From positions 1-21,236 of the forward strand of contig JANNWY010000275.1 in NCBI GenBank assembly GCA_031409335.1: a stretch of DNA of 21,236 bases, read 5' to 3'. The notes below the pieces were generated by a model, which searched no databases, was not told the DNA's origin, and was given only the letters and a program-made list of their open reading frames with translations. This document shows, piece by piece, positions 11,101 through 15,945 of this stretch; position 1 is the stretch's first letter; each line of letters opens with the position of its first letter. Made by a program: the position numbers and the translations under genes. This DNA comes from Chthoniobacteraceae bacterium (GTDB taxonomy: Bacteria; Verrucomicrobiota; Verrucomicrobiia; Chthoniobacterales; Chthoniobacteraceae).

Positions 11101-13812
11101 CACGCCCGCACCGATCAGCCCGAGATCGACGGCCGCGAAGGAACCGTTGCGCGCTGTGACCTGTAATGTGCCTGCGCCGCCGGTGCCATCGACGATGACC
11201 AGACGCAACCCGTCGGCACTAATGCGCGCAGACAGTCCGCGCTGGCTCCCGTAGATAGCGTTTAGCACATCCTGAATGCCTTCCGCCTTGGTAAGGTCGA
11301 TGTCCGACCGTGTGCCGTCGCTCAAGGTCACCAGCAGGTCGCTGCTGATGTCGGAAATCGGGACGCCAGTTAGAACCGAGCCTTTGCCGGAACCGTTGGC
11401 CTCAACTGCCGTTCCGGTCGCCGTGGGCGCACTGCCCTTGCCCAGAATGCCGAGACCGGCCGCGGCCTTCGAGCCGTTCAAGGCGTTGACCTTGATTTGA
11501 GCGCTGCCGGTTTTCGTATCGGTCAGGATGAGCGCCGTGTGCTCGGCGTTTACTCCCACGCTGATGCGGTCGCCCACGCCGGCGGCGGTCGCCGCGGCCG
11601 TGATCTTGTCAAAGACGGCACCCAGCGTGGTGTCGCCGGCACCCAGGTCGATGGTAAGTTTTGTGACGCCGTCGGTCAGCACGATCTCAAAGTCCGCGCC
11701 GGCCACGAAGGGCACGCCGTCGCCGTTGTTGAGCTGGGCCAACACCGTTGCGCGCGACAAATTGAGATCCAGCAAGTTGCTGGTGCGCACGCCAGCCCCG
11801 CCGTTCAGGGCCTCGAACAGGATTTCCGAGCCGCCGTCCAGCTTGACGCCGCCGGCAATGCCGCGGCCGATGAGGCCGCCGACTGCGCCGGCGACGTTCA
11901 GGCCCAGTTCGTTGGCAAGATTGGAGCCGGACGAAGCGGTCAGCGCGGTGCTGCCGGTCGGTGTGACATCGGTGATCGCGATACCGGTAAGCGCGGCATT
12001 GATGCTCGCGCCGAGATTCGGGTGGGCCGCCTGGATGGCGGCCAGCACGTCGCCCACGGTTACGGCGTCAGCGAGATTGACGTTGACCCGCGTGCCGTCC
12101 CGCAGCGTAAGGCTGAGGTCGTTCGCGGTGACGTTCACGCTGCGGCCGTTGTTCAGGAAGGACAGGGGCGTCGCGCCGGTCAAGCGCAGGCCTGTAAAGG
12201 CTGCGGCGTTGAGGCTATTACCGTGGGCACCGCCGATCAGAGTCGCGAGTTCGAAGCTGGTGAGCGTGTCCACGGTCGCACCGGACGTGAGGCTGATGTC
12301 GGTCAGCGTCAGGTCGGCGTCCTGGCGTTCCCACAGCGAGTCGATGCCCGCGCCGCCGTCCAAGGTGTCGGTACCGCCCAAGCCGCCGAGCGTGTCATTG
12401 CCCGCGCCGCCGACCAGGATGTTGCTGTTCTGGTCGCCGATGATGATGTCGTCGAGCGCCGTACCGGTGACGTCGTGGAAGCCGGTGACTGAAACGAATC
12501 CCGTCGCCCTGCCTTGGACGAGGCTAACGGTGACGCCGGTGTCGCCATCGTCACTGCTGTAGTCCAGCTTGTTGCGCGCGCCCGTGCCGCCGATCAGCTT
12601 CTCGATGTTTTGCGTGACGATGCTGCTGGTGCCGTCGCCGACGCGGAAATTGCCGTTAGCATCGACGTTCAGCACCACCGTCAGGTTGGCGCTGACGGTT
12701 GAAAAATCGAAGGTGTCGGTGCCTGCGCCCGAGTTGGCGCCCGAACCTTCCGATACGGTGTCGGAGCCCCAGTTGGGACCAAAGCTATAGAAATCGTCAC
12801 CAACTCCGCCGTCGAGTGCGTCATTTCCCGCGCCACCCACTAACACGTTGTTCAGGATGTTGCCGGTGAGCGTGTCCGCGAGGCCGGTGCCGATTAGATT
12901 TTCGATCGCCTCGCCGCTGGAGAGCTTGAGGTGGAGGTTGCCGTTGACGGTCTGATCCGCGTCCGTGGAAAGGTCGATCGTGACACCGGCCGACGTCGTC
13001 AGAGAAAAGTCCAGCGTGTCCACACCGCCGCGTGCATCGTCGATGGTGATGGTGCCCAAGTTACTGTCAGCGTCGATCTGGTAGCTGTCGTCCTGGTTAC
13101 CGCCCACCAGCCGCTCGATTTCACTGAAAGGCCGGCCATTGAGGCTCCTCGTCGCGCCGAGAATCCAAATGTTGGTAAGATCGCCACCCACCAGCGAGTC
13201 CGCGCCTTCGCCACCTTTGATCTCACCGCTAAGCGAGCCACCACCGAGCAATTTGAAACTGTCGTCACCGCTGCGGCCGGTGAGGTTTTCGAGGCTGTCG
13301 AAGAGGCTGATACTATTGGCGAAACCGGCGTTGGCGTTGTTGATCGTCCAGTCGGTCGGGGCGTCCGGTCCGATCAGGGTGTCCGTTCCAAGGCCGCCGT
13401 GGATCGTCAGAGGTTTGGTCAGGGCGTCCGCCGTGAAGCTGTCGTTGCCGCCCGCGCCATCGACCACCAAGCCCAAAACGCCAGAAGTCGCGTCGCCCAA
13501 AGTGAGCTTCTTCAAAACCGAAGCGTTGTCGATGTAAGTGAGGTCAACGATCACGCCACCGTTGGCCGACGCCGCAGTGGACGCGAGATGGATGCCCACG
13601 ACATCGTCCGTGCCAGCGAAAGCGACGGTGTAAACACCAGCGACGTTCGTCATCACCGGATCTGCCGAAAGCAGCAAACGCGGCTCGAAGCTCTCAAGGT
13701 CGAAACGGCCCGGACGAACGGCGCGCTTTTTAGAGAGTTCCGCCCGTGCATTTCGTTCCCGCTTCCGTTCAAGGAGACGATTAAACCAACTGGCGAACGT
13801 AGAGGCTTTCAT
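1..13812 (-). CDS. Giant LEPR-XLL-leader surface protein / filamentous adhesin with RTX Ca-binding repeats (at least 4604 aa; 3' end beyond window edge)
   Basis: ATG at 13812 gives MKASTFASWFNRLLERKRERNARAELSKKRAVRPGRFDLESFEPRLLLSADP... The same frame is read at every segment translated, down to base 1 (...AYIDGDGATGVSADTIKISAEDSSSIAAGAGAASIGAALGGAGLSVSVGAAVA). The in-register antisense ORFs on + (265, 1405, 2875, 4135, 5884, 7384, 9145, 10054, 11497, 12931) all share one frame, and the track lists no stop-terminated minus ORF in this frame, so no frameshift is evident. Confidence 0.93.
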   Translation of the reverse strand, partial: MKASTFASWFNRLLERKRERNARAELSKKRAVRPGRFDLESFEPRLLLSADPVMTNVAGVYTVAFAGTDDVVGIHLASTAASANGGVIVDLTYIDNASVLKKLTLGDATSGVLGLVVDGAGGNDSFTADALTKPLTIHGGLGTDTLIGPDAPTDWTINNANAGFANSISLFDSLENLTGRSGDDSFKLLGGGSLSGEIKGGEGADSLVGGDLTNIWILGATRSLNGRPFSEIERLVGGNQDDSYQIDADSNLGTITIDDARGGVDTLDFSLTTSAGVTIDLSTDADQTVNGNLHLKLSSGEAIENLIGTGLADTLTGNILNNVLVGGAGNDALDGGVGDDFYSFGPNWGSDTVSEGSGANSGAGTDTFDFSTVSANLTVVLNVDANGNFRVGDGTSSIVTQNIEKLIGGTGARNKLDYSSDDGDTGVTVSLVQGRATGFVSVTGFHDVTGTALDDIIIGDQNSNILVGGAGNDTLGGLGGTDTLDGGAGIDSLWERQDADLTLTDISLTSGATVDTLTSFELATLIGGAHGNSLNAAAFTGLRLTGATPLSFLNNGRSVNVTANDLSLTLRDGTRVNVNLADAVTVGDVLAAIQAAHPNLGASINAALTGIAITDVTPTGSTALTASSGSNLANELGLNVAGAVGGLIGRGIAGGVKLDGGSEILFEALNGGAGVRTSNLLDLNLSRATVLAQLNNGDGVPFVAGADFEIVLTDGVTKLTIDLGAGDTTLGAVFDKITAAATAAGVGDRISVGVNAEHTALILTDTKTGSAQIKVNALNGSKAAAGLGILGKGSAPTATGTAVEANGSGKGSVLTGVPISDISSDLLVTLSDGTRSDIDLTKAEGIQDVLNAIYGSQRGLSARISADGLRLVIVDGTGGAGTLQVTARNGSFAAVDLGLIGAGVTLSGGVLTGNAIASGGITLDGRGDHDTLIGGTGDDNLTGAGGNDAITGGGGIDTLVESDFSSLGNASFVLTNSAVTTTIPGLAVQTDTLSGIERAILSGGDGANTLDASAFTAGGVTLIGNDGDDTIFGGSGDDVISGGLGIDATTGGGGIDTLLELGDSRFVLTPTTLDLGEGASEVVTIALAPGVTGGTFTLTFNGQTTSPIAHDATADDLRSALTALPEIGDDQVRVDKDTAAGTWTITFSGNLAGRNVGNITVTSSLTGSASVAIADGLTQLNTLGGIEKVNLYGLSGNNLMDASAFTGSVVLSGGYGEDVLIGGSGNDLLLGEWGDDQLTGGAGADRLRGGEGHDKLVESRDVNFTLTNTTLTETGTGISGSEVDALTGIELAELTGGASNNTLNASAFSGLSAETELRLLNAGLGIGTTNAPSVVLAGLEPSTPVAVFFSEAPGGANAVGATDFTITLTDGTQAQIDVDPAGTLQDLFNAIANAAPGKLLAEMNEDGTAIKLTDSTVGNPGANLTITSAANSTVAADLGILKTGNGKTLTGDFFTDYSSDIRIILADGSRVDIDLSEAVTIQDVLDAITDSRPTGLSAVLNSAGTAIVITSTVGGAGRLEVQARNGSTAAQILGILSVAPVATPTVLTGAAIGISQVVLVGGAGADTLVGGGGDDRLTGGLGADLLTGGGGSDTVVETRDANFTLTNTTLSIGGETDTLAGIERAELTGGASVNTLDASAFTLGGVILSTGGGLDTLLGGSGNDEFRILVDGLVAPTNASDTAHQVKVDVGGGIENAVSIEKSGPSVVQSDMWWVNYLGGAESSYTVKKANPNAAYTGDEEFVVESDIIRPGKNISIEAGRITIHGHKLDTSFAGGGGSIKLLGKHITIDQGAELTALDAASGAQGPGLSALAAAGFNHGTIRIEAKDGAKFSAFGFANVDLVDTDVTIRNATIRAGNVEILATSDSQHFLLPSDYPSSLSGHTGFGSLLGLDLDFARTFESQSVQIAVSVAKSVAHVTVDDNAVIIADNLTAWSNAAAYAWAAPIDFFGGFTAAIGVAITDANVTIGAAHITTVMDATFRASVDHTVYVFADTNGNLPIPGLGNTGIAIAVSVLDSNATVHVKDAAQLTVGRDLFLQADTVDRNSTRTRVTSGADGDVALAFTVAVESGNTRAYLDGDAEVQRNVNVTAKQKKETVEAFKAYVIPATFNGVGSDARQGANSTGDQLDDIEAMAPGAVGRYGHAKLIAPILDWFAFFGATLPADAPKPVQRSAVQGGLSIAVSVDTNNTDARIGDGDAADRTTINAGGKINVTSTVSSRADLTAQAGAKFPGGATDPTGLIPVQGDVDYGIAIAVAVGVYQNSTWATVSGDVDVNAAKAITIKADSINQIDPLKLWGANIVTPFLDKNFKAKFNTEDTGSAPSLKAGDTVKVGNNHAQEDRRGKTYRYKGVDGATLDRAAEDFGNDLKWEEINLEANGFKSFVQQAIAFLNGNFGINSKLADFYNQAWAEGQKKASLAGAVTFVRLDHGSTALIEDGAKVNQNADAAWRTDAQTVTVSAKNVINAVGVGGNIQTIGLDKLGFKSTSDLRTWTVDRTANAKGKNTFSPYRSFTQKYIPSGAGSGLTKKTEGAAGATVLVFNYNNDATAKVEDNVKLYADSLEVRAANTLLAVNVGASGGDAESVAFNGVVIVNIATGTALAQVDNRADVVVGDNEIAGRGVSAVVEALDSSTLVTIAGSYAASQKLGIGASVAIDMLKRNTEAVIGNRAGVIDNLAGGSFAVDGNLLVNAENSGFVGTFAVAGAKAEAPDETYVTASGAVAVGLALNVVNDKSQAYIDTASVNASGNISLQASGKPILEAFAVGGSYASADQISVAISGAASINLLDNDIGAYITDSSGARSVQAGGNVTLNAGDDGTGVFSQAGAVSIAWGQDEAGSLALSLGASLAVNTIGGTTGYAVQSYIDNSKVIANNLVMEAESTANVHALAVGGAFANSPSSITASSSFAGAAAAAVAVNSMQARVETYLDHATITTSLVSGLGGNVTLAATDRTKLLRADAFGVAAAYAEGRTGNAAVGIGMGIALNTVKNKDRSSIRYSTVDAAGALSVAASSEPNVFALAIGVAGAGASSTAGAAALALAGAASTNLIDNEVEAYILDDSTGTGRSIHAGSGVSLTATDAANTRADAGGFALSLSRASGTSVAGSLGASVAVNDIGGGSGHHIMAWIDDANVSTTNGDVSVEATSQAGVNALSIAGAGAGATGSGPGIRVALAGAAAGAGNSVTSIISAYVLDGSVVTATNGSVAVDASDATTINAISIAGSFALSQGSGTSVAVALGATVAVNEIENDITAYVADSTVTAGQDVDVAATSSAVIKAVTVGVAISAAIGGSSGGSVSVSIGLSLSHNRVENDVLAYIDDSDVSTTLGDVHVSSRGEATINAASTAASLAIAIGGQFSFSVAGAGAESTNVILGKTNAYILDSDIDSSGDLTITATQQGSIDALVIALAGGGAAIGASVGLNYIGVDPTGGLTSSEILAYSQDSILNADDALTITGTSTQHIHAGVGAGSIGLAVGLGGNANALAISGSGVYTKNEIAIDLKAYIDGDGTGVNAGINAGSITLAATDSSSIEAAAGAAAVALALAGSNAIAVSIGLALAENRIDNEVSAYVIDADQGLTTTSGAVTISALTSPLSPFAVNLGTLTASDLDDAAVADQDISDTANNEATNDVRNDQVLLAALRAAFAAQGTTLAVFDTVATASTFKTTDTDPQDLREGTTVEAGANSNGIPGRVYRYVGTVDRDNVILAAENYTDTTKWLLLDKLKLSTLEAGQSWALLAPDGQSFVLVRTSADGAPLTLSVSKNSINAVSAAASLAVGIGGGTVGVAVSGAGAVAQNVILGKTTAYGQNSTIDSAGDVLISAASKSDIFSTVVAASLAVGGGGTAGVGVSIGIAVARNFIGWEPGDDSATPLEVQALLIDTPVHADGALALTSLAGQTINSLVFAGSVAVAAGGTVGVAAAGSGVFAENRVGVDVASRIDGEDATKIEADSVTLDAVDGSFVHSFAGAASVAAAFGQVGVAVSIGVGLARNTVDSHVRASIEDADVDATAGIISITATDVAVIDAVAFAASVAVGVGGSTGIAVSGAGAWAENIITGGVDAHASDSDLAATGAVTVRAENLSSIDAIIVAASVGVGVGADAGVGASIGVALARNLVGSTRDGSAAFDYKSADNVLTLHKGDKVRVERGVREGDVYEYLGDTVTVDYDFTSSQTTAVKKGERVLVGGNRVYERTGANLASTNLSTVDYTDETLWRKITAIDQDFANPDAWKLVNVVSAPLAVLAYIENTPVNAGGALSVTAKGDQSIDALVFSGSVAVAGGLYLGIAASGAGAAADNRITTDVMAYIDGNDTVDSVIRATSVTLRAQDLSHIHADVAAASVAAGFGIAGAGISIGVSLASNTVDSSVDAFIADADVTATTGAITVTAIEDASIDALSVAVSLAVGGGGVGIAISGAGALAENTILGGAKAYAVDSSLDAATAVTFTANNTSAIDAKIVSASASVAVGGGGLGASIGVAIARNRIGSTDAPVDVHAYSEDTSINAGGDLSFTATGEQSVHALVLAISAAVAGGGIGLAASGAGVYAENRIATDVKAYIDGDGATGVSADTIKISAEDSSSIAAGAGAASIGAALGGAGLSVSVGAAVA
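8820..13460 (-). repeat. RTX-type GGxGxD Ca-binding nonapeptide clusters with a recurring ~50-aa capping unit (protein-level repeats)
   Basis: Examples: LVGGAGNDALDGGVGDD; LVGGAGNDTLGGLGGTDTLDGGAGID; LIGGSGNDLLLGEWGDDQLTGGAGADRLRGGEGHD; LVGGAGADTLVGGGGDDRLTGGLGADLLTGGGGSD. Five clusters are followed by DxLxE..D.NFxLTxTxL...DxLxGIExAxLxGG...NxLxASAFT (near 12340, 10945, 10645, 10050, 9035). Confidence 0.88.
13660..13704 (-). other. LEPR-XLL (Planctomycete extracellular-type) N-terminal motif, FDLESFEPRLLLSAD, after an Arg/Lys-rich N-terminus
   Basis: Residues 37-51 of the giant ORF. There is no hydrophobic h-region, so this is not a classical Sec signal peptide. It matches the xLExLEPRxLL(S/A) motif of giant PVC/proteobacterial surface proteins. 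Confidence 0.85.
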
Positions 13813-13909
13813 AAGGTGACGTTTTTCTATCCGAAAAGCCCCGCCCAATGCTCAGATGCTCGGGGGGAGCCTCAGGGGCTTCCGCAGGAGACACAATTTC
13901 GCCTCCTTT

Positions 13910-13938
13910 CGTCAAGAAAAATTAAGGGCATTTGCCCT
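13910..13938 (-). promoter_or_regulatory. Possible internal promoter/operator upstream of the giant gene
   Basis: Perfect inverted repeat AGGGCA-TT-TGCCCT (13925-13938), then an A/T tract and TTGACG (-35-like, minus strand 13915-13910). No convincing -10 box found. Confidence 0.25.
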
Positions 13939-13956
13939 CGTAAGCACAACCTCCGC

Positions 13957-15945
13957 TTATCCTGATCGATCACCCACAAATGAGAGCGCTTCCGCAAGCC
14001 ACGTATCAGTCTTCAAGACCTCTTTTCGCTGCCGAAAAGCCATGCTCTGAGCGGAGCGTTGGGCAAAGGTGATCGCGGTTGCCACCAGCGGTTTCGCCCC
14101 CGGCAAACCGCGCCGCACAGCTTGTCGCGCCTTCTCGCGGACCAGCGGTGCGGCAAAACGGGCGAGAATTTCATCCTCAACGCTGACGAATGCCTGCGCG
14201 CTGCCCGGATCACCCTGCCGGCCGGCCCGACCATAAAGCTGGCGGTCGATCCGCTGCGACTCGTGCCGTTCCGTGGCGATCACATGAAGACCGCCCGCTT
14301 CACCCACCCGGGCACCGAGCTTAATGTCAGTCCCCCGCCCCGCCATATTCGTGGCGATGGTGATCCTCCCAAGCTGGCCCGCGCTTGCCACGATCTGCGC
14401 CTCCTCGCGATGGCGCGTCGCATTCAACAGATTGAACGGCAGCCCTTTGGCGCGCAGTTCCGTTGCGAGCATTTCGCTCGCCTGCACGGTGCGCGTGCCG
14501 ATGAGCAAGGGCTGCCCTGTCTGATGCCGCCGCTCGATTTCGGCCACAACCGCTGCCCATTTGGTCTCGAAATCGGGAAAGATCTGGTCCGGCAGTTCCC
14601 GCCGCTGGCACGCGCGGTTCGTGGGGATCGCCACCACGGGAATCCGGTAGATGTGCCAAAACTCCGCAGTCGCTTCGCGGCCCGTGCCGGTCATCCCGGA
14701 GAGCCGGTGGAACAATCGGAAAAACCGCTGAAAGCTGATCCGCGCGAGCGTTTCATCGAGCGGCGACATTTCCAACCCCTCCTTGGCCTCAATCGCCTGA
14801 TGCAGCCCCTGCCGCCATTTCCGCATCGGCATTAAGCGCCCGGTTGACTCATCGACGATGACCACTTTGCCGTCGTCGATCACATACTGTTTGCCGTTCA
14901 GGAAAAGCTCACGGGCGGTAAGGGTTTGCTTGATGAGTTCCGTCCGCCGCGAAGGCGCGCGCCACAGGCCGGGCAACTGACCACTCAACGCGTCCATCTT
15001 CTCGTGGCCAGCAACGAGCAGCTCGATCTCGCGATAGCGCAGGTCCACGCGGTAATCGACGCCCGGCAGAAACCGCGAGGCAATCGACCAGGCGGTGTGA
15101 TAAACGCCATCCCCGCGCTCGTTTCCCTCGGAGCCCGCAATGATCAGCGGAGTCACCGCTTCATCGATCAGCACGCTGTCCGCTTCATCCACAATCGCCG
15201 TGTGCAGCCCCCGCATCACGGCGTCGTTCCTCGTCGGATCGTTGGCTTTCCACACCGCCCGGATCATCCGACGCCCGGCATGCTGCAGCTCACCCAAGCA
15301 AAGCCGGTCCCGCAGGAAATCCGCGGCGAGTTCCTTGCTCGTCGTGTAAGTCACGTCCGCCGCATGGCCTCGGGCGCGTTCCGCCCGGGGCATCTCGCCT
15401 GTCACAAACCCGACCCGAAGGTCGCAGTATTCATAAAGTGAGCGGAGCCATTCCGCGTCGCGCTGAGCGAGGTAGTCATTCACCGTAACGAGGTGACACG
15501 GCCGGCCCGTCCAGCCAGCGAGAATCGCCGCCAACCCAGCGGTCAGCGTCTTGCCTTCGCCCGTCGCCATCTCCGCCAGATAACCCCGATGCAGCGCGAG
15601 CGCGCCCATCAATTGCACCGGGAACGGCCTCAATCCGGTCTGGCGCACCGAGGCTTCACGAATCGCCGCGAGGGCTTCCAGCACATGCGCTTCCGCCCGT
15701 CGCGGCTGACGGCGAAAGGTTTCGCGGAACTCTGTGAGCCGTTCCCTCAGCCGCGCGTCATTCAGATCGGCGAACTGTGAACCGAACGCGTCAATTTTCT
15801 CCGCGTCCGCCCGCAGCGAGGCGAGAAGGCCACCGCGCCGCCGGCAAACGCCGATGAAACCATCGACCATCGCATCCAGTCCGCTCGTGATCTTCGGCGG
15901 CTGCCGGACATTGCACAGCCGCTGCTCCCAAGTCAGCGCACTCAC
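13957..15945 (-). CDS. Secondary, C-terminally truncated SecA-like DEAD ATPase (~662 aa)
   Basis: SecA motifs: Walker A MATGEGKT (15547-15570), VTVNDYLAQRDAEW, IVDEADSVLIDEAVTPLII (DEAD at 15178-15189), GLHQAIEAKE, GMTGT, ATNMAGRGTDI, ERHESQRIDRQLYGRAGRQGDPG. The likely start is GTG at 15945, overlapping the upstream TGA (GTGA), rather than the track start at 15990. Confidence 0.92.
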   Translation of the reverse strand: MSALTWEQRLCNVRQPPKITSGLDAMVDGFIGVCRRRGGLLASLRADAEKIDAFGSQFADLNDARLRERLTEFRETFRRQPRRAEAHVLEALAAIREASVRQTGLRPFPVQLMGALALHRGYLAEMATGEGKTLTAGLAAILAGWTGRPCHLVTVNDYLAQRDAEWLRSLYEYCDLRVGFVTGEMPRAERARGHAADVTYTTSKELAADFLRDRLCLGELQHAGRRMIRAVWKANDPTRNDAVMRGLHTAIVDEADSVLIDEAVTPLIIAGSEGNERGDGVYHTAWSIASRFLPGVDYRVDLRYREIELLVAGHEKMDALSGQLPGLWRAPSRRTELIKQTLTARELFLNGKQYVIDDGKVVIVDESTGRLMPMRKWRQGLHQAIEAKEGLEMSPLDETLARISFQRFFRLFHRLSGMTGTGREATAEFWHIYRIPVVAIPTNRACQRRELPDQIFPDFETKWAAVVAEIERRHQTGQPLLIGTRTVQASEMLATELRAKGLPFNLLNATRHREEAQIVASAGQLGRITIATNMAGRGTDIKLGARVGEAGGLHVIATERHESQRIDRQLYGRAGRQGDPGSAQAFVSVEDEILARFAAPLVREKARQAVRRGLPGAKPLVATAITFAQRSAQSMAFRQRKEVLKTDTWLAEALSFVGDRSG

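Noticed and set aside
265..13965. Many long plus-strand ORFs (e.g. 1405..2499, 10054..11166, 10244..11254, 11528..12562, 12931..13965) and short minus ORFs in other frames
   Set aside because: These are antisense or off-frame shadows of the GC-rich giant gene. Their Arg/His/Asp-rich or Pro/Ser/Thr-rich composition is typical of shadows and they contain no recognisable motifs.
13957..15945. Calling this gene housekeeping secA
   Set aside because: It is too short, lacks the C-terminal domains, and sits in a dedicated export operon.
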